Below are positions 29,153-38,998 of a stretch of 64,000 nucleotides of DNA, in pieces; within the stretch, counting starts at the first letter, position 1, and each line of letters starts with the position of its first letter. The DNA lies in NCBI GenBank assembly GCA_963825195.1, contig CAWGSD010000002.1, positions 1,308-65,307 of the forward strand, given 5' to 3'. The translations under genes and the position numbers were made by a program. Under the pieces are notes generated by a model. It was not told the DNA's origin and did no database searches. It was given only the letters and a program-made list of their open reading frames with translations. The DNA is from an uncultured Acidobacteriota bacterium (GTDB lineage Bacteria; Acidobacteriota; Terriglobia; Terriglobales; Acidobacteriaceae).

Positions 29153-29581
29153 TCAGGATTGTGCGCCGATGGCGACAACGAAATACAGCGCGGGCTCCTG
29201 ACCGATGTTGCGGATGCCGTGCTCTTCTCTGGAGTGAATGAAGGCAGCCGAACCAGGCCCGAGTTCGGTGGACTTGCCGGCAATCGTCACCGTGACGGTG
29301 CCTTTTTCGATGAGGAACATCTCCTCGTGCTCGTGATGATGGGGCGGATGCGGCATGCTGCCGGGAGCCAGCGTGGTTTCGTGGACCTCCAGCGGACAGC
29401 CGGCATGGGTGATGCCGTTGAGGATGGGACGCGACTGATTTTGGCCGCTTTGGTGCATAGGCAGTTCAGCGAAGGGTTTGGCAAAGGAAGAGAGTGTTTC
29501 CTCGGCAGCCGAAGCCCGTTGCGCGAATCCTGCCAGCAACAGAGGCAAGGTCTGACAGACGGTCCGTCGCGACGAATTCAT
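29153..29581 (-). CDS. secreted cupin-domain protein
   Basis: Start ATG 29581 follows GGGAGG. Signal MNSSRRTVCQTLPLLLAGFAQRASA. Cupin motifs HPPHHHEHEE and GPGSAAFIHSREEHGIRN. Confidence 0.8.
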   Translation of the reverse strand: MNSSRRTVCQTLPLLLAGFAQRASAAEETLSSFAKPFAELPMHQSGQNQSRPILNGITHAGCPLEVHETTLAPGSMPHPPHHHEHEEMFLIEKGTVTVTIAGKSTELGPGSAAFIHSREEHGIRNIGQEPALYFVVAIGAQS

Positions 29582-29781
29582 GAATCCTCCCTGAAATCGG
29601 GACCAGATTACAGGGGGGCGGAGGCCAGGGGCAAACGTGGCCGGCCTGCTCAGGAATTTCAGCAGGCATCGGATTCTGCGGGATTGTTGGCCCTGACGGC
29701 GCTGCGTCAGCAGAAGGCTGACTTCGATTCCTGATCTGCTAACTCTTCGCAAAAAGCCATTTCAGGCTGGTTTCCTGGGTT

Positions 29782-30720
29782 ATGTGGCTTTGGTATCATC
29801 CGGCCGTGCGAATCCTTGTCTGCTTCCTGGTCTGCATGATTGGGTGCCAGGCACAGCGACCTGAGGACCAGGTACTCGCTGTCTACAGGCAGATGGAGAA
29901 GGCTGTCCAAACCGGGGATGCAAAGGCCTTCGTCGGCCTGTGGTCGCGCCAATCGGCATCAGAAGCGGAGGGCATCGCCTCTCAACTGCACCCACAGCCC
30001 GAGGTGCATTACACCTCGTCCACGGTTTTCGTGCAGGGAGGCGAGGCAGCGGTGCTGGGGAAATACGGCGATGACGGGTATCTGAGCATGCGGTTCGTCA
30101 GGGAGGACGGCCGCTGGAAGATTCGGGACTTCGCTTTCAGCGATAAAGCGTACCCCGCGGAATCGGTTTACGCCATCGTGCCGCCTCCCTCCGGAGCCTT
30201 CGAACGCGCTGGAGAACCGTGGCCGACGATTGCAACGGGACTGGATCAGGCGACAGCGGCGGCGCAGGGTTTTCAGGTGCGGACGACCTACGATGAGTCG
30301 TATCTCTATATACGGATTGAATCGGCCAAGCCGATGCCCGCGCCGGGCACCGAGGCCGAGCGGCCCCCGATGGGATGGCCGGTGATGAAAGTCGACGTTG
30401 CCGGCGGCGGCGAGTTCGTGGTGCATAACACCGCGAATATCGGAGACCAGGCTACGTTCGGCAAAGGCGGCCAGGCCAACAACCATCGCCCCTACGTGGC
30501 CTATGTATTGATGCTGGAGCGAGCCAACCAGATGATCTTCCAGGCATGGGCGGGCACAGATTCCAATCCGCTGATCCAGGCTGGAGACCACTCCTTGGAA
30601 GTGCGTGTGCCGCTGCGCACGATGGGCATCACGGACGCGGGGCGCACCAAGATCACGCTGGGCGATGCGTCGTGGCCGAAGAGCACGATTTTCAGCGTTG
30701 ACGCGCAGCAATATCGATAG
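29782..30720 (+). CDS. hypothetical lipoprotein/secreted protein (N-terminal NTF2/SnoaL-like segment)
   Basis: 312 aa. Lipobox-like VCMIGC. No confident family. Confidence 0.55.
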   Translation: MWLWYHPAVRILVCFLVCMIGCQAQRPEDQVLAVYRQMEKAVQTGDAKAFVGLWSRQSASEAEGIASQLHPQPEVHYTSSTVFVQGGEAAVLGKYGDDGYLSMRFVREDGRWKIRDFAFSDKAYPAESVYAIVPPPSGAFERAGEPWPTIATGLDQATAAAQGFQVRTTYDESYLYIRIESAKPMPAPGTEAERPPMGWPVMKVDVAGGGEFVVHNTANIGDQATFGKGGQANNHRPYVAYVLMLERANQMIFQAWAGTDSNPLIQAGDHSLEVRVPLRTMGITDAGRTKITLGDASWPKSTIFSVDAQQYR

Positions 30721-30746
30721 AGATCGATCGATCCCGGGTCTCAGAT

Positions 30747-30781
30747 GCGAGCGCCGTTCGACTCGCGTCTACGGCGCTCGC
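30747..30781. terminator. perfect 11-bp hairpin between convergent genes
   Basis: GCGAGCGCCGT - 13 nt - ACGGCGCTCGC. Confidence 0.35.
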
Positions 30782-30854
30782 TCAGGCCAGGTTCCAGGCA
30801 GCCAGTGTGGGTAAAGACGAGATGTCCGTCGTCCGGTTTTTGTAATGACTGCTG

Positions 30855-32090
30855 TTACTTGTTGGGCTGATAGAGCTCGAGGCGGACGTGCCATTCGACA
30901 GATTTGCCGGGATGGAGGGTGACCATGCCGGTGTCCATGCCGTGCCACTCCTTGCCGAAGGGGTCGCCGAAGTTGAACTGCTCCTCAATGGCGGTGAACG
31001 CTTGACCGGCCACTTGTTTGGTGGGCGGCGCATAGACCTGGACCGTCTTAATGTCGGGCGAGAGGCCGAGGATGCGGACGCCATAGTTCGAGGCGGGATC
31101 GGCGAAGTTGACATCGACGGCGCCATCGGTGCGCTTCAGCTTCGACCAGTTGTCATCGAGGAAGAGGTCGTCGAGAGGTTTCCCATTCGGATCGGTAAAG
31201 TCCCACTTGGTGCCCTTGACCGGAACCACCTTGCCGGTGGGAAAGACGTCGTCGTAGTTATTGACCACGGCCAGTTGTTCGCCGGGCACGTGCAGTGTGG
31301 CCTGCTTGCGGTCGCCGCTGGGAATGGAGAAATAAGGATGCCAGCCGATGGCGAGGGGCTCGTCTTCCTTGCCCACGTTTTTCGCGACGACGGTGGCGTC
31401 GACGGCGTTGCCGGCGAGAGCGATGGTGAAGTTAAGGTCGGTCTGGGAGAGCCAGTGTCCGCCGAAATCGCCGGCGTGGATGACCCCGGTGACAGTCTGG
31501 CCGTCGGAGGTGCTCTGGGTCTGAACGTCCTGGGCCTGGGAGGCGAGGATGAGGCCGTGCATGGCGTGCTTATCTTTGGTGGGATCGGCGCTGTTGTGCC
31601 AGTTCGCGGGCAGGGTGAGGGTGTGGCCGTGCCACTGGGTGGTGACGGTGGTGCCGTCGGGCGAGAGCTTGCCGATGATGCGGTTGGGATAGGGCACGAG
31701 GAAGGCGCCACCGAAGCTAAAGCTGGCATTGCCGTTCTGATCATCGGGACCGCCGTTGAGCTTCCCGGCAGCTTCCTGCAGATTGGGGGAGGCGAGGACG
31801 GGAATTTCACCTTTGCCGGGAACGTTGGCGGTGATCTGAAAGAGGTTCATACCGCGGCCGGGGAGGACGGTGACGGAGAGGAACTCGGGCTGCTGGCCAT
31901 TGCTGGTGGCCTGGCGGGTCAGCTTGACGACGGGCTCGCCGCCAATCTGCGGCGTAGTGGACTCAGCGGCAGGCTGAGCCGCGGGCTGGCCGGATTCGGG
32001 CGCGGGCTGCGGCTGCTTGTTGCAGCCGGCAGCGATGGCAAAAGCAGCCGCGATAAAGGATGCGGCAGCCAGTTGTCTTCTCCTGAACAT
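30855..32090 (-). CDS. aldose 1-epimerase (galactose mutarotase-like) family lipoprotein
   Basis: 411 aa. Lipobox AIAAGC. LPGRGMNLFQI, PYPNRI, MHGL and GWHPYF motifs. Confidence 0.8.
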   Translation of the reverse strand: MFRRRQLAAASFIAAAFAIAAGCNKQPQPAPESGQPAAQPAAESTTPQIGGEPVVKLTRQATSNGQQPEFLSVTVLPGRGMNLFQITANVPGKGEIPVLASPNLQEAAGKLNGGPDDQNGNASFSFGGAFLVPYPNRIIGKLSPDGTTVTTQWHGHTLTLPANWHNSADPTKDKHAMHGLILASQAQDVQTQSTSDGQTVTGVIHAGDFGGHWLSQTDLNFTIALAGNAVDATVVAKNVGKEDEPLAIGWHPYFSIPSGDRKQATLHVPGEQLAVVNNYDDVFPTGKVVPVKGTKWDFTDPNGKPLDDLFLDDNWSKLKRTDGAVDVNFADPASNYGVRILGLSPDIKTVQVYAPPTKQVAGQAFTAIEEQFNFGDPFGKEWHGMDTGMVTLHPGKSVEWHVRLELYQPNK

Positions 32091-32110
32091 CGTGTTCGTC
32101 TCCCTGGAGG

Positions 32111-32902
32111 TTGAGTGGTAAACGGTTCCTGAAGCGGAATCATTCTACGCTCTTTGCACGGGCCGGCCGTGGTGAGCAACCTTTCTATAATTGCCCTGTG
32201 CCTGCTGCTGTTACCGAACGGTCTGCCCTCGTGCTGCTGAATGAAAAGATTGTCGCGTGCGAGGCCTGCCCGCGTTTGCGCAGCCACTGCATGGCGGTGG
32301 CGGAGAAAAAGCGGCGGGCGTATCTCGATTTTGAGTACTGGGGAAGGCCGGTTCCCTCCTTCGGCGATCCGGAAGCGCGCGTGCTGTTCGTGGGACTCGC
32401 GCCGGGTGCGCATGGATCGAACCGGACCGGGCGGCCGTTTACCGGCGATGGGTCGGGAGATTTTCTGTATCCGCTGCTGCATCGGGCCGGGTTTGCTTCG
32501 CGGCCGACGGCACTCAACCGCAACGATGGCATGACGCTGCGGGATGCATGGATTACGTCGGTGGTACGCTGCGCTCCGCCGGGGAACAAGCCGCTGCCGG
32601 AGGAAATTGCGCGCTGCTCGCGCTTTCTGGATGAGGAGATCGTCGCGCTGACCCGGCTGCGGGTGATTGTATGCCTGGGGAAGATTGGCTTCGACGGCGT
32701 GGTGGCGCATCTGCTGCGGACCGGGCAACTGGATCGGCGCGGTGAACTGGTGTTCGGGCATGGGGTGGAATATCGAATTCCCGGCGATCGGTGGCTGATG
32801 GCCAGCTATCATCCGTCTCTGCAAAACACGAATACCGGTAAGCTGACAGCACCGATGATGCTGGAGGTTTTCTGGCGGGCGCGACGGCTGGCGGGGCTCT
32901 GA
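32111..32902 (+). CDS. uracil-DNA glycosylase, family 4/5 type
   Basis: CEACPRL, GLAPGAHGSNRTGRPFTGD and SYHPSLQN motifs. The start is uncertain: TTG 32111, or GTG 32198 lying 7 nt after a perfect TATAAT (32186-32191). Confidence 0.8.
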   Translation: MSGKRFLKRNHSTLFARAGRGEQPFYNCPVPAAVTERSALVLLNEKIVACEACPRLRSHCMAVAEKKRRAYLDFEYWGRPVPSFGDPEARVLFVGLAPGAHGSNRTGRPFTGDGSGDFLYPLLHRAGFASRPTALNRNDGMTLRDAWITSVVRCAPPGNKPLPEEIARCSRFLDEEIVALTRLRVIVCLGKIGFDGVVAHLLRTGQLDRRGELVFGHGVEYRIPGDRWLMASYHPSLQNTNTGKLTAPMMLEVFWRARRLAGL

Positions 32903-33126
32903 GTTCCCTGCCCCGTTGGGCGGGCGGGCGTGGCCGCTGGATTGTGACGTCTACCGACTCGGTTGCTGCATTGGTTGCCTGCTGGTAATGGCGAGAGGAA
33001 ATATGTTCCGAGGGGTGAAATCGGGACGACGAATTCCCTGCTCAGCCGGACATCTTGGCAGCATCTGCGGCGCATCTTTGGTAGAGCCTGGAGCAAGAGA
33101 CTCCGGCCCAAAGGAATGAACAACCG

Positions 33127-33279
33127 ATGATCACAATTTTGATAATTATCCTGCTCCTGATGCTGATCGGAGCCTTCCCCGCGTGGCCGTACAGTCGCGG
33201 CTGGGGCTACTATCCCAGCGGTGGACTTGGGCTGATCCTGCTGATTATCGTGGTGCTGGTGCTGTTGCGGGTGTTCTGA
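33127..33279 (+). CDS. DUF3309 family small membrane protein (50 aa; below the ORF-track length cut-off)
   Basis: MITILIIILLLMLIGAFPAWPYSRGWGYYPSGGLGLILLIIVVLVLLRVF has the family hallmark P.WPYSRGWGY.PSGGLG. AAAGGAA lies upstream. Confidence 0.8.
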   Translation: MITILIIILLLMLIGAFPAWPYSRGWGYYPSGGLGLILLIIVVLVLLRVF

Positions 33280-33772
33280 CCGGCCGCTGAGTATGAAACC
33301 GGTGCAGGCTTCAGAACCTTCCGGATGGTTTGAAAGAGCCGAAAGAATTCCGGAGAGATGGTTCCGTCCTGAGAGATCTCCACGTCGAGCAGCGGAACCT
33401 CCCCACGGCTGATGGCGTCTTTCATCTTCGGAAGAATGAGGGCGCCAAGCGGGCTGGCGATGTCCGCAATTCCGAGATGACACAGTTCGGAGCCGCACGC
33501 TGGCGAAACGGGTCACGGTGACCTGCTTGTGACCCATACCCTATACCGGCCACAAGACTCCTCGTTGGCCTGTGCTGCAGCATCCCCTGCCCGGCGGCTT
33601 AGTTCAATCGGGCCAGTATTCCCGCCTCGATGAGCGCAATGCCGGAAATGTTTGAATTGTGTGTTGCAGCGAGGCTGGCCTGGACGATCGATCCAGGGTT
33701 CTGAGGATTAAGCCGGGTTCCAGGGAGCGCATCGGGAAGCGACGCTGACCGTACTGCCGTTCGCTAACATGG

Positions 33773-34413
33773 ATGAGCATGGCCCTTTTGAACTCAGTAT
33801 TGACTGACATTCCGATGCCAATCCGCACGCCTCGCCTGCTTATCAGGCCCAAACAAGTTGGCGACGGGCAATTACGTCTGCTGCGGTGGCTGAGACCTGG
33901 GACGAGCTGCACAAATGGATGCGATGGGCCGAAAATCGGGATGAGTTCACAGCCGAATCAATGGAAATCAGAAATCGGCATGTAATGGCCAGCTTTATCC
34001 TGCGTGAGGGGATAGAGCTGATCGGGATCGAAGCTGGAACCGGTACAGCAGTTATCTGGTGCGGACTTCATGACATCGACTGGCAAGGTCGGCAATGCGA
34101 CACCGGTTACTGGGTCCGCAAGAGCGCCCAGGGCCATGGATTCGCAACCGAGGCAGCAAACGCTTTAGTACGTTATGCGTTCGGCGCGCTCGGAATGCGG
34201 CGAATCGGACTGACACACTCAGCTGGTAATGAGGCTAGCCGACGCATTGCTGAAAGACTTGGCTTCTCGTTAGAGGGCATACAAAGGGGTGCGAATATAC
34301 TTCCGGGGGGAAAGTACGCGGACAGGTACTGCTACGCTCGATTCGACGTTGCCGGTCTGCCTGACCTGGAGGTGCGGTGGCAGAATCATCGGGATCATAA
34401 CGGGTCCGATTAG
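33773..34413 (+). pseudogene. RimJ/RimL-type GNAT N-acetyltransferase with one frame break near 33866-33868
   Basis: The N-terminal IRTPRLLIRPKQVGDG lies in ORF 33773..33985. The rest (AETWDELHKWMRW ... GHGFATEA ... AERLGF) lies in ORF 33886..34413. Confidence 0.75.
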
Positions 34414-34702
34414 TCGCTGCGAAAATCGACTTATCGCTCGAGACGAAACAGGTCTTTGTTCACGCCAGTCATGCCGACTGCCTGCGAGTCGAAACACAAA
34501 CACCGTCCTGGTGCCAGCATGCCTGCACACTCGCACGATCGACGCCAAGAGGCCGCAGGCCGACTTGATAAAGAATTAGAAGGCCGGGGCTTTCACCACC
34601 GTCCCGCTCACGCGAGACCATCTTGCGCAAGGAACCCGATCATTCGGTCAGAGCACTCCTGTGCTTCTTACAACTTAGATAGCGGTACTAACTACGCTTC
34701 CG

Positions 34703-36254
34703 CTATGTGACCGGCCCGGGATTGAACAGCACGAACTCGTTGTGCAGGCCCCAGTGGTCGGCCCAGGTCTTCTTGCGGCCGCTGGCGACTTCGAGAATCA
34801 AAGCGAAAGATCTCCCAGCCGACTTCTTCAACCGTCGCGTCGCCGGTCGCAATGCGGCCCGCGTCGATGTCGATCAGGTCGTGCCAGCGCTGCGGCCAGG
34901 CCGCTGTTGGTGGACACTTTGATGACCGGCGCCACGGCCAGTCCGTAGGGCGTGCCGCGTCCGGTGGTGAAGATGTGCATGTTCATCGACGCGGCCAGCT
35001 GCAGCGTGCCGCAGATAAAGTCGCTGGCCGGCGTGGCCGCAAAGACCAGCCCCTTTTGCGTGACGCGCTCGCCCGGCCCGGCCACGCCCATGAGCGCGGT
35101 GCTGCCGGCCTTGGCAATCGATCCCATCGCCTTCTCGACCACGTTGGCCAGGCCGCCCTTCTTGTTGCCGGGCGTGGGATTGGCCGCGCGATCGGCGCCG
35201 CCCACGCGCAGGTACTCGTCGTACCACGCCATCTCGCGAAGAAAATCGCGCGCAATCTCCGGCGTGGCGGCGCGCGCGGTGAGCAGATGCGCCGCATCGC
35301 GCACCTCGGTCACTTCAGAGAACATCACCGTCGCGCCGGCGCGCACCAGCAGGTCGGCCGCAAAGCCCACCGCGGGATTGGCCGTCACGCCCGAAAGCGC
35401 ATCGGAGCCGCCGCACTGCAGGCCGACGACGAGATCGGAAGCCGGACAGGTCACGCGCCGGCGCTGGTTCAGCTTTCTTCAGCTTCTTTTCGGCCAGCGC
35501 CATGATGTTGGCGACGATCTCGCCGAAGCCGTGCTGCGCGTCCTGCATCACGGCAACCGAAGGCTCGTCTTCAAGCACCGGCAGCGCATCGCGCGGCATC
35601 AGCCGCACCGGCTGCAGCTTTTCGCAGCCCAGGCTCACCAGCATCACTTCGCCGCCGAAGTTGGGATGCAGCGCCAGGTTGCGCAGCGTGCGAATGGGAA
35701 TCGCCGCGCCCGGCGCATCGATGGCCACGCCGCAGCCGTAAGGATGCGTGATGGCGACGACGTCGTCCACGTTCGGATAGCGCGGCAGAATCTCCGCCTT
35801 GATGCGCCTGACCGCGTAGTCCACCGTGGCCGCTACGCACTGCACCGTGGTGCTGATGCCGAGAATGTTCTTCGTTCCCACCGATGCCGTCGGCGTTGCG
35901 ATAGCCCTCGAACGTGTATCCCTCGAGCGTCGGCAGCGGCTCGGGAACTGCGGTCGCCAGCGGACAATCGGCGAGCGGCGGCGGCTCGGGCGGCGTCATC
36001 AGGCCTTCATGCACCCAACTGCCGCGCGCAATGGCCCGATTCGCGTAGCCGATCACCACGCCGTAGCGCACGATGGCATCGCCCTGCGCCAGATCGACGA
36101 GCGCAACCTTGTGCGCTTCGGGAATCGCTTCGTCGAGCACGAGACCGCACGGCGAACCGGCTGCCCGCGGCAATCCGCCCTGGTTCACCACGACGGCGAC
36201 ATTGTCGTCGCTCGATGTACGCGAATATAGCGGGGCTGGAGGGCAGCGGTTCAT
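34703..36254 (-). pseudogene. garD: galactarate dehydratase (UxaA/GarD family), at least 4 frame breaks
   Basis: Pieces 35571..36254, 35315..35881 and 34828..35454, plus two short frames to TAG 34703-05, tile E. coli GarD end to end (DNVAVVV ... [14 protein letters not shown] / VGTKNILGI ... GCEKLQP / [17 protein letters not shown] ... TTGRGTPYG ... FNPGPVT). Confidence 0.85.
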
Positions 36255-36285
36255 CGCGGTGCAATGTTGTCGCCTCGCATTTTCG

Positions 36286-37630
36286 TCATCGCACCAGGCA
36301 CGGCCGTTTCGGATCGAACTTCCAGCCGGGAATCAGAAACTGCATGGCCATGGCGTCGTCGCGCGCGCCCAGCCCCTTGGCTGTTGTAGAGCTCATGCGC
36401 GCGCTCGATCGCATCGAGATCGAGATCGACGCCCAGCCCGGGGCGCTCCGGCACCGCGATCGTGCCGTCCTTGATCTGGAGCGGATTGCGCGTCAGATGC
36501 TGCCCATCCTGCCAGATCCAGTGCGTGTCGATGGCCGTGAATCGCGCCCGGCGCGGCCGCGGCCACGTGCGTCACCATCGCCAGCGAGATGTCGAAGTGA
36601 TTGTTCGAGTGCGATCCCCAGGTGAGCCCGTTGTCGCGGCAGGTCTGCGCCACGCGCACCGAGCCCTGCATGGTCCAGAAGTGCGGATCGGCCAGCGGAA
36701 TGTCGACGGCGTGCAGCTGAATCGCGTGCCGCAGCTCGCGCCAGTCGGTCGCGATCATGTTGGTCGCGGTGGGCAGGTCGGTCGCCTGCCGAAACTCCGC
36801 CATGATCTCGCGGCCGGAGAAGCCCTGCTCCGCGCCGCACGGGTCTTCGGCGTACGCCAGCACATCGTGCCTGCCCTTGCACAGCGCGATCGCTTCGCTC
36901 AGCGACCACGCGCCGTTCGGATCGAGCGTGATGCGCGCCTGCGGGAAATCGCTCGGCCAGCGCTTCCACTGCCTTCATCTCTTCCGCGCCCGCCAGCACG
37001 CCGCCTTTCAGCTTGAAGTCGTTGAATCCGTACTGCGCCTGCGCCGCTTCAGCCAGCCGCACAATCGCCTCCGGCGTAAGCGCCTCTTCATCGCGCAGCC
37101 GAAACCATCCGTCGCGCCGACTCGCCCGCGCGCCGATAATCGAGATCGGTCTTTCGGCTGTCGCCCACAAAAAACAGATAGCCCAGCACCGGCACGCTCG
37201 TGCGCTGCTGCCCTTCGCCGAGCAGCGCGGCAACGGGAACTCCGAGAAACTGACCAAGCAGATCGAGCAGCGCGGACTCAATCGCCGTCATCGCATGAAT
37301 CGTCACGCGCAGATCGAAGGTCTGCTGGCCGCGCCCGCCGCATCGCGATCGGCAAAGCGCTGGTGCACCTCGTTGAGAATCGCGTTATAGGCCGCGATCT
37401 CGCGGCCCACAACAAGCGGCGCGAGCCTCTTCCAGCACCTCGCGAATCTTTTCGCCGCCGGGAACTTCGCCCACGCCGGTGTTGCCGGCTTCGTCGGTGA
37501 GTATGACCAGGTTGCGCGTGAAGTACGGCCCGTGCGCGCCGCTCAGGTTCAGCAGCATGCTGTCGCGGCCGGCCACCGGCACCACGCGCATCGCCGTCAC
37601 GCGCGGCGAGTGGCCGCTGCACGCCTGCAT
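36286..37630 (-). pseudogene. gudD: glucarate dehydratase, at least 5 frame breaks
   Basis: Pieces 37385..37630, 37088..37306, part of 36493..37281, 36393..36863 and 36251..36454 tile E. coli GudD ([17 protein letters not shown] ... [22 protein letters not shown] ... [14 protein letters not shown] ... PERPGLGV ... PCLVR stop 36286-88). Confidence 0.85.
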
Positions 37631-37818
37631 GTTTGGTCAGATCTTCAGTTGCCATTCGTCGATTGCTCCATAGGGTCGACTGCCCGCGACCTGCAATGGT
37701 CGAAGCTTATCTTCTGTTGCCGTAACTGCTTAGTTTACCCGGCGGTGATCGAGTTAGCGGCATCGGCTGCGCATTCCGAATCTCGCGGTTAAGATCATCC
37801 AGTCGAGGAATCGTACAC

Positions 37819-38921
37819 ATGAATCGGAGACAATTTCTAACGACCACCGGCGCTGCAGGGGTTGCCGCGGCAACCGCCGCATCAGGCAAGCCGGTGAGCG
37901 CAGCTGCCGGTCCTCAGCCGGTGCTGATGAAGCTGGGCGACCAGACCGCGCCCACCAACGATACGCATCTCAAGTATCTGGCCCGCTACAGCGTGCGCAA
38001 CATCTGCGGCTATCCGCAGATCGAGGGCGACCGGCTCTACGCCACCGTCGACGAACTGAAGCGCATGATCGACATGGCCGGCAAATACGGCATCAGCATC
38101 GACTGCACCGCGCCGCCATTTCTGGAGTCGAGCTACATCGATACGGAAAAGCATCCGGCCATCATGCTGGCGGAGAGCCCGGAGCGCGACCGCGACATCG
38201 AGCAGTTGCAGACGTTCATCCGCAACTGCGCGCAGGCCGGCATTCCCTCGCATCAAATACAACATGAGCATTCTGGGCGTGCTGCGCACCGGCCGCATGC
38301 CGGGCCGCGGCGACGCGCTCTATCACCAGTGGAAGCTCTCCGAGGCGCATCCCGGAACGCCGCTCACGCGCGCCGGCGTGGTCAACGCCGACCACTTCTG
38401 GGAGCGCATCACTTACTTCCTCGATCGCGTCATTCCCGTGGCCAACGAGTACAAGATCCGCATGGCCTGCCATCCGCAGGATCCCGGCGTGCCGCCCGAG
38501 GGCTACCAGGGCGTGAATCGCGTGCTCGGCACCATCGACGGCCTGAAGAAGTTCATCACCATCCAGGAGAGCCCGTATCACGGCCTGAACTTCTGCCAGG
38601 GAACCATCTCGGAAGATCTCGAAGAATCCGGGCACGGAAATCTTCGACGTGATCCGCTACTTCGGCACGCGCAAGAAGATCTTCAACGTGCACTTCCGCA
38701 ATATTCGCGGCCATCGCAACGACTTTATCGAGGTCTATCCCGACGAGGGCGACGTGGATTTTGTGAAGGCCATCAAGGTCTACAAGGAGATCGGCTACCC
38801 TACATGCTCATGCCCGATCATGTGCCGCTTGCCGCCAACGATCCCGGATTCGCTGCAGTCGTTCGCCTTTTGCTACGGCTACATTCGCGGGCTGATTCAG
38901 TCGGTGAGCGAGATGGATTGA
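37819..38921 (+). pseudogene. mannonate dehydratase (UxuA) family protein with twin-arginine signal, at least 4 frame breaks
   Basis: MNRRQFLTTTGAAGVAAATA. The pieces are 37819..38652, the first part of 38264..40039, and 38649..38921, with a short excursion back. Motifs: IKYNMSILGVLRT, IRMACHPQDP, IFNVHFRNIRG, MLMPDH. Confidence 0.7.
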
Positions 38922-38998
38922 AGCACTTTTCCTTGCCGGGCCACAAAATGCTCAGGTCGGCGCGACCCCCACGAGCCGCAACCCTGCACGATAGGGAC

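Noticed and set aside
28774-29283. 169-aa minus-strand ORF with LTAGSWLLPTSYQLP-type repeats.
   Set aside because: It is simply the translation of the R3 nucleotide repeat and the terminator. It also overlaps the real cupin gene out of frame.
33290-33603. Protein-like minus-strand reading (…GIADIASPLGALILPKMKDAISRGEVPLLDVEISQDGTISPEFFRLFQTIRKVLKP) and a nearby C-terminal-looking …ISGIALIEAGILARLN stop.
   Set aside because: There is no in-frame start upstream of MKD. The frame runs antisense into the DUF3309 gene, and I recognised no family. It may be gene debris, but I cannot support a feature.
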